Origin: a virus
Taxonomy: Duplodnaviria > Caudoviricetes
Length of the DNA: 64,000 bases
IMG/VR virus record: IMGVR_UViG_3300033463_000005
Location: 160,001 to 224,000 of that record
Direction: 5' to 3' (one strand)
The notes beneath the pieces are model-generated. The model did no database searches, had not been told where the DNA came from, and saw nothing but the letters and a program-made list of their open reading frames with translations. The position numbers and the translations under genes are program-made. Numbering within the stretch: the stretch's first letter is position 1; each line of letters opens with the position of its first letter. Of the stretch, positions 21,793 through 31,635 are shown one piece after another.

Positions 21793-21836
21793 CGTAAAAT
21801 CTCTCCTTTATAAAAAACTTTAATCTTTTTGGATAT

Positions 21837-21846
21837 GTATATCATT
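21837..21846 (+). promoter_or_regulatory. putative early promoter RTATATNATT for the DNA polymerase operon
   Basis: GTATATCATT followed by TCGAGA/TCTCGA hairpin. Confidence 0.5.
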
Positions 21847-21871
21847 TTCGAGAATGGCGAAACAATCTCGA

Positions 21872-22018
21872 TTATAACAATACACCAAATACTTCCAGGA
21901 AGATTTCTGAAACCATGTCTGGAGTTAACTCAGATATACCGACGTCTTCCAACTCCAAATCACCATTGATTTCAGTGCCATTGATTGTTGGTTTGTTTTC
22001 CAAATCACCATAATCCAT
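21872..22018 (-). CDS. 48-aa protein with a DYxxLxNKPTING motif (not in ORF track)
   Basis: GAGGTG RBS; MDYGDLENKPTINGTEINGDLELEDVGISELTPDMVSEIFLEVFGVLL. Confidence 0.75.
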   Translation of the reverse strand: MDYGDLENKPTINGTEINGDLELEDVGISELTPDMVSEIFLEVFGVLL

Positions 22019-22050
22019 AAAATCACCTCATATGAAAGGACTGATGGTTT

Positions 22051-23976
22051 ATGAACCCTTATCAAGAATATCTTGAACGTGTATGTACAATGTACACAAC
22101 AATGCACCCGGATGTAGATCCGGGTATAGTTCGTCAACATATTCAAGAATTAACAGATCGAAACTTCAAAGACATTCCATGTTGTTTACACAACAACATT
22201 TCAAATGAAAGAGTCAATACAACTATATGCAATACATTTGATTGGATTGAAAAACAAAGTCCGATCATCACAGGTAATGGAACCTTCTTCAAACAACATT
22301 CAGAATATCTTGCACCAATCGTTGTTATGCTGGAAACATTGAAAGCAGAACGAAAAGAAGTCAAGAAAAAGATGTATCAATACGACAAAAAATCGATTGA
22401 ATATCAGTTACTGAATACAGAACAAGGTTCCATCAAAGTCATCATGAACGCAGACTATGGCGGGTCTGGAACGACATTGTCTCCGTTCTATTCTTGTTAT
22501 ATACCACCTGCAACAACAGGTTCAGCAAGGGTGATGACCACTACCTTAATTTGTTGTCTGGAGATGCTTACAAACAACCAGAACAAATGGGCAAAGATTC
22601 AAAATATCAATGGATTATATGATTTCATATATACTGTATTGACAGATACCGAAGAACGCAAAATTATCAATGCAAAATATTCGATTGATGAAGTATGTGA
22701 TGCATTGTTAGAACACGTTGTCGATTATTCCATTGAAGATATTCTGTATCTGAAAGCATTCTTATCAACATTGACAGACGAACAACGAACAAAATTGCGT
22801 TTGGCTTTCCATGTGAAATATGTGTTGAGTGAATTCTTAAAGCATGATATTAAAATAGTATCCGATTACATGAAGGCGCATCAGATTGATTGGAATAATG
22901 TAACAAAGGAAACGTTGCAAGTATCTGGTTTTGGTCCAAGTATCCCGGAAGAGATTCAGACATATATGGACCATATTTCACAAACGGTTTTGGACAACTG
23001 TTGTTATCCATTTATATTGAATGACAATGAGATTCGTGCAGCAGAAATGGAACGACTGATTGTTTGTGTTACAGATACAGATTCATTGATGGTTCATTTT
23101 GCCGCATACATCGATGAATTTCAAACGAGAACAAGCAACTTCCGTGATAGTTGTATCATGGCTTCTGCAATTGGAATGCGTTTGTATGTTGAAAATATCA
23201 TACCAAGAATGGTAAAGTATCTGACAATTGGATGCAATATCAAAGATGAATATTACAGAAAGAAATTTGTATTTAAGAATGAATTTGGATTCTTGGCAAT
23301 GGCATTGATTGCAAAGAAGATGTATGCATCTTCCATGTTTGTTCAGGAAGGTTCTCCTCGTGAGATTCATGATATTGCCGTTTCCGGATTGTCATTTAAG
23401 AAACGCGATTCTGCAGAGTTCTTGGAAGACATCATGGTACATCTGTATGATAAATATATTCTGACTGCAGATCATGTCTCTGTAAAGGGAATCCTGGATG
23501 AATATTATGCATTGCGAGAAAAGCTTCGTTCTGAATTGGATACAAATCCGAAATATTATCAAGTACAAAGTTTGAAAGATATCTCCGCATATGATCCACA
23601 TAAAGTATTACCAGAACAAATGCGTGGTGCATTGATATGGAATCAGATGATGCCGGATGAAGAAATGTTACCAATGGATCGTGTTATTGTGATTCGGTTG
23701 TCATTCGATTTATTACAGAAACATGCACAAACAAATTTGCGAGTTGCGGAAATGTTACGACTGTTATTGGTAAACAATGAGAAGATGGAAACAACACCAT
23801 ACATATGTTTACCAGAACATTACAAGACCATTCCAGACTGGATTCGAATTGTAATCGACAAAGAGGGATGTATTGATAAACTTTTAACTCCATTTAAACA
23901 GCTATTGAGTTTGTTTGATGTCATGGTTGCAGAAACAAAAGCAGGAGCTGTTTCCAGTCGTATGATCTATTTATAA
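22051..23976 (+). CDS. family B DNA polymerase, split catalytic subunit (phiKZ-like)
   Basis: Motif B KVIMNADYG and motif C TDTDS; no exonuclease domain or DxxSLYP motif A seen. Confidence 0.85.
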   Translation: MNPYQEYLERVCTMYTTMHPDVDPGIVRQHIQELTDRNFKDIPCCLHNNISNERVNTTICNTFDWIEKQSPIITGNGTFFKQHSEYLAPIVVMLETLKAERKEVKKKMYQYDKKSIEYQLLNTEQGSIKVIMNADYGGSGTTLSPFYSCYIPPATTGSARVMTTTLICCLEMLTNNQNKWAKIQNINGLYDFIYTVLTDTEERKIINAKYSIDEVCDALLEHVVDYSIEDILYLKAFLSTLTDEQRTKLRLAFHVKYVLSEFLKHDIKIVSDYMKAHQIDWNNVTKETLQVSGFGPSIPEEIQTYMDHISQTVLDNCCYPFILNDNEIRAAEMERLIVCVTDTDSLMVHFAAYIDEFQTRTSNFRDSCIMASAIGMRLYVENIIPRMVKYLTIGCNIKDEYYRKKFVFKNEFGFLAMALIAKKMYASSMFVQEGSPREIHDIAVSGLSFKKRDSAEFLEDIMVHLYDKYILTADHVSVKGILDEYYALREKLRSELDTNPKYYQVQSLKDISAYDPHKVLPEQMRGALIWNQMMPDEEMLPMDRVIVIRLSFDLLQKHAQTNLRVAEMLRLLLVNNEKMETTPYICLPEHYKTIPDWIRIVIDKEGCIDKLLTPFKQLLSLFDVMVAETKAGAVSSRMIYL

Positions 23977-23994
23977 TAGAAAGGATGATGTAAT

Positions 23995-24549
23995 ATGTTG
24001 GATGAAGTCTATACCTGGATAGAAGAATATGCAGGTACATCATATGACTTCAATGAAGCGATTCAAGAGATTGACGGGAATGCGGCATTCCTGTCACCTT
24101 TTGAATGGAGAACTGCAATCGATTTGATTCTGGATCAGATGGATGATGCACTCGACATTGTGGATAAATACTGGAGATTATTACCAGATACATTACCGAA
24201 TCGCACGAATCTGAAACGGATGATTACGGAAACAACATTGCGTGAACTCGTGAAAAACGTTGACTCCGTTTGTAAACAACTCAACATCAATACCCCAACA
24301 ATGACAACTGTTGATGACTTAAGAGACATTGTCGTCGCATTATGTGAATTATTGGATATTTTAATTGAACATGATACAGATGATATTATTAAGAACAATT
24401 TGTACGACGAGCATGAAGAAAACAACGAGGATTCATTTGCATACAAATTGGATATCCAAAAGGAAGACATGACACAACTGTCTTTCAATGTATCATCCAT
24501 TCGTCAAGCATATTTCGAAGGGCTTGACGAAGATGAAGAATCGTATTAA
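23995..24549 (+). CDS. acidic hypothetical protein
   Basis: 184-aa ORF with AAAGGA RBS. Confidence 0.8.
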   Translation: MLDEVYTWIEEYAGTSYDFNEAIQEIDGNAAFLSPFEWRTAIDLILDQMDDALDIVDKYWRLLPDTLPNRTNLKRMITETTLRELVKNVDSVCKQLNINTPTMTTVDDLRDIVVALCELLDILIEHDTDDIIKNNLYDEHEENNEDSFAYKLDIQKEDMTQLSFNVSSIRQAYFEGLDEDEESY

Positions 24550-24550
24550 T

Positions 24551-24593
24551 CTCGGAAATATATAATTAGTTCCGAGTTAATAACATTTACTTA
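24551..24593 (+). promoter_or_regulatory. tandem early (ATATATAATT, inside an inverted repeat) and late (AACA-TTTACT-TA) promoter motifs
   Basis: CTCGGAA...TTCCGAG flanks the early motif; AACA-N6-TA at 24582-24593. Confidence 0.5.
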
Positions 24594-24622
24594 CACTATT
24601 ATTTATGAGGAGGAATACGATT

Positions 24623-25192
24623 ATGCCTTTCCAGCAATCAAGCAATTTCCAGAATAACAATGGAAACATGGGTGAGAAGAAGCGTACCAATTTCCCGGTC
24701 GGTAAAGTGTATGGTTCAGATGCAATTCTGAATCTCACTGTGTGGGTTTCTGACTCTGCGGTGTACACTATTTTCCAGATCAAACAGGCAATTGGTAAAG
24801 ATCCTTCCACGGGTGCAAATGCCTTTGAGCAGAAAGCACCGAATGAACTGCCACGTGTGTTCCTGAATCCGGAATATCTGTGTGCACTTATTGAAGCTGC
24901 AAAGAGCAATCTTCCGGAGATCACCATTGCTCCAAAAGCAGGTTCGAAGCTCCACATCACTGGACTCAACACGAATCAGATCAAGATTACAGTCGAGACC
25001 GATAAGCTTGGTTCTCGCACGATCACATTTGATTCCATTCCCGTTGGTTCAACGAATATTGCGGCATCCTGGACGAATCTGCAGAAGCTTCTTGCCGTTG
25101 CATATAAGAAAGCTCTGTATGCAAAACTGAATCCGGAAGAGTTTGCAACTGCGCTCGGTATGGAAAATAATGCAGAGGAGTTGCCGATCTAA
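24623..25192 (+). CDS. putative single-stranded DNA-binding protein
   Basis: In the replication cluster; beta-rich core; acidic-hydrophobic C-terminus EELPI resembles the SSB DDLPF tail. Confidence 0.35.
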   Translation: MPFQQSSNFQNNNGNMGEKKRTNFPVGKVYGSDAILNLTVWVSDSAVYTIFQIKQAIGKDPSTGANAFEQKAPNELPRVFLNPEYLCALIEAAKSNLPEITIAPKAGSKLHITGLNTNQIKITVETDKLGSRTITFDSIPVGSTNIAASWTNLQKLLAVAYKKALYAKLNPEEFATALGMENNAEELPI

Positions 25193-25800
25193 TGATAGAC
25201 TTTTCCGATATCGGAAGTCGAGCATTTGTGATCCAATATGAAGATTTGATTTCATTGATTGGATTGAATACGGTATCCTACATTCTATCAAAACAAAATC
25301 AGAACACATCGGATGATATGATTCTCGCATATTTAAATCGGGAAAATTACGACATGAGTCGGTTCGTAAAAGAGCAGACTCATGTCGATTTTTCTTTGGA
25401 AAATATGATGCAATCAAAGTTAGCATGTGTTCCCAATTTAGCATATGCATTCAAAATGATGAGTGCGGCGCATCAACATGGTATCAGAGATTTATACATC
25501 CATTCAAATCTATATTCACCAATCATTGAAAACTTCGTTAAGCAATTGGAAATTCCAACAAATTACGTGCACGGGGATATCATCCCCGTGTTACGTAATT
25601 TACCGAATTGCACATATACAACTTCCGATCCAAATAATATTCGAACATGTCTAAATGCAAACGTTCCGTTTGCATTGACAATTGTGGATGATTTCCAGTA
25701 TGTAGGTCCGATTGTAACGGACGAAAATCTGCTAAAAGAACTAGAAAAGAAAAATGTCTATGTTCAATACACTGGTGTCATCTCAGCCGGTGTATTATGA
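25192..25800 (+). CDS. hypothetical protein (possibly degenerate HAD-like fold)
   Basis: 202 aa, translationally coupled (TAATG overlap). Confidence 0.7.
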   Translation: MIDFSDIGSRAFVIQYEDLISLIGLNTVSYILSKQNQNTSDDMILAYLNRENYDMSRFVKEQTHVDFSLENMMQSKLACVPNLAYAFKMMSAAHQHGIRDLYIHSNLYSPIIENFVKQLEIPTNYVHGDIIPVLRNLPNCTYTTSDPNNIRTCLNANVPFALTIVDDFQYVGPIVTDENLLKELEKKNVYVQYTGVISAGVL

Positions 25801-25833
25801 CAATCTAAATTATTTCGAAGGGAATGGTTTGTC

Positions 25834-27462
25834 ATGGCTGAAGCAATCAATAAGACGATGTTGTATCTATATGATCCGGAAGCGGATTATACATATAACA
25901 CCGCCCACAACACCGAATACCCATACAATGGCTTCCCCACCGGTCTTCACGGCAGGAAGTATAAAAAGACTCGTTTCATCAATTGGGAACCAGTCCCGGA
26001 AGATATTATTATCCGACACGCGGGTTCTCAAATATTTGTAAACTTTTCCGCATTGTTTCCGAATGATGTCATTGACCCCGCGATTCAATTATTCCAGATG
26101 AGAACCCGTCGACTGGATTTACAAAATTTGATTTGTGAACAGATCAATTTCTTCACCGCATTATATGATGATGATAATGATCTGGTTACAAGTATGCTGA
26201 TTGCAAAATATCTGACAGATTCACAGACATATACAATTGTGACATTCGAAGAATATCAGAACAAATTATTTGAAATCCTATTCCCTGAAAATACAATTGC
26301 GAAGATAAAGAAAATGGTAGAAGAAAATGATGTAGGAGACGATGTTACCGGATTATTCCCAGAGGATATGCCGCGTGATATTTTCATTGTATCATTCATG
26401 ATTAAGGTCATGCATATCTTTATCGAACATTTCATCATTTCAACGGGTAATTCCCCAAAGGATTTGTATGAACTGTTTGCAATCGCATTTACAAATGTCA
26501 TGAATCATATCAACCCGAATATCTACGTATTGTTGTATGACTATGTGTACAACTCGGTTGTCCAGAGCTGCTCGTCGAATGCGAACATCTATGACATGCA
26601 GGCGATTGATGGTGTTACCATTCCGACAACGACACAGTTTGTGATGCGGAAATCATTACTGTGTGATGGTTTGATTAAACTGACATTTGCTTCTGCATGG
26701 GATAAGATTAACAAACGCCCGACATATTCATGTGTCGGTTTGATTAAAGCGATTATTACACAGGCTTCATTCGTCACAAGAAAAGTGCAGCTGAGATATT
26801 CTCTCGTGAATGTCGACGATGTGTCGCAGTTGTTGAGTGATCAGATCTCCAATAACTCAACAATTTCTATGATTCGTTCGTTCAACCCCGGAGAATATTC
26901 TTGCATGTATAAAGATCTCAAAATCATCATTGCACAAATTGCATTGGAAGTCGACTTATCTCCAGTCGATTTCTATCTGGAACATTTGACACAAATGAAT
27001 GAACTGTCCAAGATTCTGATTGAAGCCGTGTTATATAATAAATTTCATTCGTCCATATCCATCAACACACTGTCTATGAAACAGAAATACATTTTACTGT
27101 TGTATGTCAGAAACATGATCATGCAGATTTATAATCTTACCGAAGACGATACAAAATACAATACAATGATCAATATGTTGATGGCAAGAACTGTGACACA
27201 CGCAACAAAAACATTGACTGCAAAAGATTTGAATTCCATCAAGAAATATGTCAAACTAAATAATCTGAAAGAATTCCTGCTGTCCGACAAGAATGTCAAC
27301 ACATTTGTGGAATCCATCATGCATTCTGTATTGTCATCATATACGATCGTTAATCACAATGATGCAGAACTGTTGGATACTCCACTACAGTATGATGCAA
27401 ATGCAATGACATTGGAATTGTTGGACATGTGTGTATCGTTATTTGATTACATTGCAAAATGA
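25834..27462 (+). CDS. probable sigma-like specificity subunit of non-virion RNAP (phiKZ gp68/AR9 gp226-like)
   Basis: 542 aa, apparently all-helical, immediately upstream of the beta' subunit; assignment by size, context and weak recalled similarity. Confidence 0.5.
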   Translation: MAEAINKTMLYLYDPEADYTYNTAHNTEYPYNGFPTGLHGRKYKKTRFINWEPVPEDIIIRHAGSQIFVNFSALFPNDVIDPAIQLFQMRTRRLDLQNLICEQINFFTALYDDDNDLVTSMLIAKYLTDSQTYTIVTFEEYQNKLFEILFPENTIAKIKKMVEENDVGDDVTGLFPEDMPRDIFIVSFMIKVMHIFIEHFIISTGNSPKDLYELFAIAFTNVMNHINPNIYVLLYDYVYNSVVQSCSSNANIYDMQAIDGVTIPTTTQFVMRKSLLCDGLIKLTFASAWDKINKRPTYSCVGLIKAIITQASFVTRKVQLRYSLVNVDDVSQLLSDQISNNSTISMIRSFNPGEYSCMYKDLKIIIAQIALEVDLSPVDFYLEHLTQMNELSKILIEAVLYNKFHSSISINTLSMKQKYILLLYVRNMIMQIYNLTEDDTKYNTMINMLMARTVTHATKTLTAKDLNSIKKYVKLNNLKEFLLSDKNVNTFVESIMHSVLSSYTIVNHNDAELLDTPLQYDANAMTLELLDMCVSLFDYIAK

Positions 27463-27489
27463 ATTTGATGTTAGGAGGTATATCATTTC

Positions 27490-28872
27490 ATGAAAGCAGA
27501 AAGAATCAATTTAACAACAGAATTCTTGGCTGATATCGCAACGCATAATGGTTTTCTCATTGAAAAAGAAGACCATTATGCACCAACCAATATCGATGTA
27601 TTGGTCGATTCATCAAAATTTACAGATTGTGAATATCGTTGCGATTGTGGTGCATTCATCGGTCAAGATCTCATTGGACAAGTTTGTCCAAAATGTCATT
27701 CCGAAATTTCCCTCCATTCTTTGAATTTTGCATATACCGGCTGGATTGATTTGAAGGGGCATAAAGTCATCACACCGGTATATTACATTATGCTGAAACG
27801 CGTTCTGGGAACGAACATGCTGCGGTTCATTCTTGGTGATTACAAATCAAAATTGAGCATTCAGTATAATGAGAATGATAAGGGGATGGAAGAAGAGAAG
27901 AAAGCAAAACGTGCGGGAAGAGTTTCCCAAGACGACATCCGTTATATCATCAAAAAGATTCCAAAGACAAAACTGTGCTATCAGGGAATTGGTCACGATC
28001 AATTCTATGAACGATTTGAAGAGATCTTGACATCATGTGCACCGAAGAACAATGAAGAAGTTGAGATTCTGTTAAAGAATAAGGAGTCTGTATTCACTTC
28101 ATACATACCACTGTATTCAACCGCATTCCGTCCTGTATCAAAGACATCAGAAACAAAGTTCTATCCGAAAATCAACAAATGGTTTTCGATGATGGTTTCT
28201 GTGTCATGTCGTATGGAAAACATGGTATTGGATATTGAACGCATGCAAGCGTTGAATTATATCCAGAAATGTTGGTTGGATGCCGTTGAACATCTGATCA
28301 AAAATGAAATTTCCAAGAAGGAAGGTTTTGTCCGTTCTGAAATTGTTGGTGGTGGTTTCTCATTCTCCGGACGTGCTGTCATTACACTCGATATTTCATT
28401 GAATGTTGATGAAATCGATCTACCGTATTCCATGGTAGTAACAGCATATCAGTATCGTTTAACATATATGCTGGCAACGCGTTATAATATGACACTGGAA
28501 CAAGCGTATCTGTTTGTCAATACTTATGAAAAGAATGACATCATCATTTCATTGCTGGATGAAATCATTGCAGAAGGACAATGGGTGGTGTATCTTCGTG
28601 AACCGACAAACAACCTTGCGTCAATTGTTTTGGCAAAGATTCGTCGGTATAAAATCGGTGATGACACTATGTCTGTCCCGCTTGAAGTTCTTGGTGGTTT
28701 GAACGCGGATTTCGACGGTGATGCTTTGGACATCTGGTTCCTGATCGATAAACAACTCGTTCAGAAATTCGAAGCATTTCATTACTCATGTCTCACAGAT
28801 CGTGTGGATGAAAGTGTAAAACTAGACATCCTTTCATGGTCTGATGTTGCATTGGGTAGAATGACAGAGTGA
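27490..28872 (+). CDS. phage RNA polymerase beta'-like N-terminal subunit (probable non-virion RNAP)
   Basis: Zn site CDCG...CPKC, FSGRAVI, REPT, catalytic NADFDGD; 460 aa, so split. Confidence 0.93.
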   Translation: MKAERINLTTEFLADIATHNGFLIEKEDHYAPTNIDVLVDSSKFTDCEYRCDCGAFIGQDLIGQVCPKCHSEISLHSLNFAYTGWIDLKGHKVITPVYYIMLKRVLGTNMLRFILGDYKSKLSIQYNENDKGMEEEKKAKRAGRVSQDDIRYIIKKIPKTKLCYQGIGHDQFYERFEEILTSCAPKNNEEVEILLKNKESVFTSYIPLYSTAFRPVSKTSETKFYPKINKWFSMMVSVSCRMENMVLDIERMQALNYIQKCWLDAVEHLIKNEISKKEGFVRSEIVGGGFSFSGRAVITLDISLNVDEIDLPYSMVVTAYQYRLTYMLATRYNMTLEQAYLFVNTYEKNDIIISLLDEIIAEGQWVVYLREPTNNLASIVLAKIRRYKIGDDTMSVPLEVLGGLNADFDGDALDIWFLIDKQLVQKFEAFHYSCLTDRVDESVKLDILSWSDVALGRMTE

Positions 28873-28888
28873 ACGTGTCGATTACATG

Positions 28889-28914
28889 ATGGGGTGGGAA
28901 TATTCCCACCCCAT
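28889..28914 (+). terminator. intrinsic terminator (perfect 26-bp palindrome)
   Basis: ATGGGGTGGGAAT|ATTCCCACCCCAT then T-tract. Confidence 0.8.
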
Positions 28915-28988
28915 ATAATATTTTTTAGATGTTCATGATAGATATATCGTTCAATTGATATGTGACGGATATATCGACGAATATTCGG

Positions 28989-29000
28989 AACAAAATCATA
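28989..29000 (+). promoter_or_regulatory. putative late/middle promoter AACA-N6-TA
   Basis: AACAAAATCATA upstream of the recA-like RBS. Confidence 0.5.
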
Positions 29001-29025
29001 CTAACTTTCAAAGGAGTGTTTTCGT

Positions 29026-30378
29026 ATGCCTCAACCGAAGAAAAAACAAACACCACTGGAAGAAGATCTGTCAAAGTTAAACTTCATGACAATCATCGCG
29101 GATGGTGGTAACTCTCGGGTATTCTCAAAGAATACATTGGTTGATTATTCCTATCCGACCGGTATTCCAATTATTGATTACGCGTTAGGATATGAAGTCA
29201 ACGTATTTGATGGGGATAGGTTCATAAAGAAACGTGTCTGTTTGGGATTACAAGCAGGATCATTCAATGTTGTAACTGGTAGAACACAGTCTTACAAAAC
29301 AACAATCTGTATTCAGATGATTGCAAACATTGCAGTCAAGAATGGTGGAAATATCGTTCATTATGATGCAGAGCAGAGATTGGTTCTTCAACGTGCAAAG
29401 ACATTATCGAAACTTCCGTCGGATTGGTTCTCCGGAGACTACCCAAGATATTCATTGCGTTCTGGTGCAATTGGTTTTGATACATTACAAAATGACATTG
29501 CGGAAATATATGCAAACAAAATGAGAAATCGTCAATACTTGATAAAAGATACCGGTGAAGTGGATGATCAGAATCGTCCGATCAAGCTGATGCCACCAAC
29601 AGTTGTATTTCTGGATTCTTTGCAAGATGTCATTGAAAAAGAATATAATGCGGATGATAAGAAATGGGTTGAAGATTCCAAAGAATTACGCGGTAATATG
29701 TATGGAGCACAATCCGCAAAAACGATTCGTGGATTGTTGACTGATATTCTGCCAATGTTGAAAGAAGCAAATATCATATTGATTGCGATTGCACATAAAA
29801 CAGCAAACATGTCATTGAATCCATTTGCCGGTGTTAAGAAACAATTCCAGTATGGTGCAAATGATGAACGTATTTCCGGCGGTTCTGCTGTTGAATTTAA
29901 TGCTTCCGCTGTATTGAATCTGTCTGGTCAAGTATCAGAAGATTCTCGTTTCCATGAATCGAGTGATGGTTTCGAAGGAAATACTGTTTTGTTTGAACCG
30001 ACGAAATGTTCGACCAATGAATCTGGTAATGTAAAGACAGGTCTTGGATTCGACATCATTATCGATAAACGTCGTGAAGGTGTTGACAATATTCGAACAT
30101 TGATTGAATACTTGAGAAAAAAGGGAAGACTCAAAGGAAACAAAGCCGGATATCGCGTAATTGATGCAACCGGTGAACCAATCTCCGAAAAGTTCACATG
30201 GAAGAATTGTTATGAGGATTTCAAGAACGATGTGAAAACATATAAAGTATTTATGGTTACTGCAAAAGAAGAATTGGAGAAGTTGATTTCCCGCGCACCT
30301 GTTGATGTGATGGGTACAATTAAGCCATTTGACATTGATGATATTATCAATGATTTATCAAATGATAACGCTGCATAA
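29026..30378 (+). CDS. uvsX: RecA/UvsX-like recombinase
   Basis: PTGIPIIDYALG, Walker A GRTQSYKTT, YDAE, Walker B VVFLDSL, SGGSAVEF. Confidence 0.85.
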   Translation: MPQPKKKQTPLEEDLSKLNFMTIIADGGNSRVFSKNTLVDYSYPTGIPIIDYALGYEVNVFDGDRFIKKRVCLGLQAGSFNVVTGRTQSYKTTICIQMIANIAVKNGGNIVHYDAEQRLVLQRAKTLSKLPSDWFSGDYPRYSLRSGAIGFDTLQNDIAEIYANKMRNRQYLIKDTGEVDDQNRPIKLMPPTVVFLDSLQDVIEKEYNADDKKWVEDSKELRGNMYGAQSAKTIRGLLTDILPMLKEANIILIAIAHKTANMSLNPFAGVKKQFQYGANDERISGGSAVEFNASAVLNLSGQVSEDSRFHESSDGFEGNTVLFEPTKCSTNESGNVKTGLGFDIIIDKRREGVDNIRTLIEYLRKKGRLKGNKAGYRVIDATGEPISEKFTWKNCYEDFKNDVKTYKVFMVTAKEELEKLISRAPVDVMGTIKPFDIDDIINDLSNDNAA

Positions 30379-30388
30379 ACAAAAAAAG

Positions 30389-30415
30389 AATGAGCGGGGT
30401 TCAACCCCGCTCATT
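30389..30415. terminator. hairpin terminator between convergent genes
   Basis: AATGAGCGGGGT-TCA-ACCCCGCTCATT. Confidence 0.85.
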
Positions 30416-30772
30416 TCAACCCCATACAATCTGTTCTTCATAGAACATATCGAGCTGTATTTTTAATTTCACAAAGAAATCGCGAAGATCATCTTTTGTG
30501 AAATCACTTCTATTGCATGTATTCGTCCTACCGAGATGGTACAGTTTGTACCAGTTAATCTGGACACCAGATGGAAGATGAATGATATACACCTCCTCAT
30601 TATGATCAATGATGATTGCGAAATTCTCAATCAAACGATCACGAGAATTTGCAACGTCTGCAATTTTTAGCAGATAGCGTTCATAATCAGTACCGAATGC
30701 TTCTGCAAATGCTTCCGTGAAATCCTCACGGGAAAAGAAATACATGTGTAACTCTTTCATTTTTTCAGACAT
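30416..30772 (-). CDS. hypothetical protein
   Basis: AAAGGTGG RBS; INWYK..HLGRTN motif. Confidence 0.8.
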   Translation of the reverse strand: MSEKMKELHMYFFSREDFTEAFAEAFGTDYERYLLKIADVANSRDRLIENFAIIIDHNEEVYIIHLPSGVQINWYKLYHLGRTNTCNRSDFTKDDLRDFFVKLKIQLDMFYEEQIVWG

Positions 30773-30826
30773 ATTTGTTCCACCTTTCAATCATAATGTG
30801 AATATACATTCATATATTCACTATAA

Positions 30827-30876
30827 TAATATATATTTATAATAAAAAATAAAGAAGGGGACCCGAAGGTCCCCTT
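30827..30876 (-). promoter_or_regulatory. terminator (30855-30876) followed by early promoter motif ATATATTATT
   Basis: AAGGGGACC-CGAA-GGTCCCCTT, U-tract, then motif on minus strand. Confidence 0.75.
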
Positions 30877-30880
30877 ATTA

Positions 30881-31582
30881 TTATAATGACATGTAAGTAT
30901 CTCGGATAACATCCATGACATCCTCGAAAGTTTCCGAGATATCTTCCGGGATATTATCAGATCCTTCATAAAACACAGAATCAGTTGCTCTTTCGAGAAT
31001 CCATTCAGACATACCGGTTTCAGGGTTTTCGACAGCCGTTTCTTTCAGGATCTCGGAGTCGTTTCTCAGGTCTTGTTCTTCAGCAAACGTAAGGCCTCTG
31101 TATTCCTTAAACTTTTTCATGTACAATCTAAACCGATTTATTGGTTCATATGTAACGGAATCATCCGACGTTTTTGTCGGAATTGTCACCATGATTTGCA
31201 AACCAAGAGGCATCGTCTCTATATTTTTCCGAACATAGTCTTCTACAAATCGTTCATTACGCGCTGGGACTGAGCGATAGAGCTTATGAATTACGATTAC
31301 CACTCGACCGAATTTATCTTCAAACTGGTCTTCGCCCTCACCGAATGTGAATGTTTGTTCACCAAGATGAAGTTCCATAGAAGCAATGTCTCTTGCTTCG
31401 TTTCTATCATAGAACTCGTCATCTTCGTTATAAAACTCTGAATCCGAGTCCTCGAACTTCGAGCCGGCAGCATTCTCCATTCTATTGCACATCCTAGCAA
31501 ACCAGTATGCAGTTTCCTCAAGCATGTCTGCCTGAATTTTCAGTTTGCCCATTTCCTCTTTCAGGATATTCGTAAAGATCAT
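30881..31582 (-). CDS. acidic hypothetical protein
   Basis: 233 aa, AGGAGG RBS. Confidence 0.85.
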   Translation of the reverse strand: MIFTNILKEEMGKLKIQADMLEETAYWFARMCNRMENAAGSKFEDSDSEFYNEDDEFYDRNEARDIASMELHLGEQTFTFGEGEDQFEDKFGRVVIVIHKLYRSVPARNERFVEDYVRKNIETMPLGLQIMVTIPTKTSDDSVTYEPINRFRLYMKKFKEYRGLTFAEEQDLRNDSEILKETAVENPETGMSEWILERATDSVFYEGSDNIPEDISETFEDVMDVIRDTYMSL

Positions 31583-31609
31583 TTTAATTTCCTCCTAAAT
31601 AAATAATAT

Positions 31610-31635
31610 TAATGGGGTGCATATGTGCCCCATTA
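31610..31635 (-). terminator. GGGG-CATATG-CCCC family hairpin
   Basis: TAATGGGGTGCATATGTGCCCCATTA. Confidence 0.7.

Noticed and set aside
27478-27487. Extra RTATATNATT match before the beta' gene
   Set aside because: It overlaps the RBS spacer and is too close to the ATG to give a leadered mRNA; probably chance
29270-29305. Non-canonical Walker A (GRTQSYKT) suggesting an inactive RecA
   Set aside because: An aromatic residue before Lys is known in phage UvsX proteins, so it is not unusual
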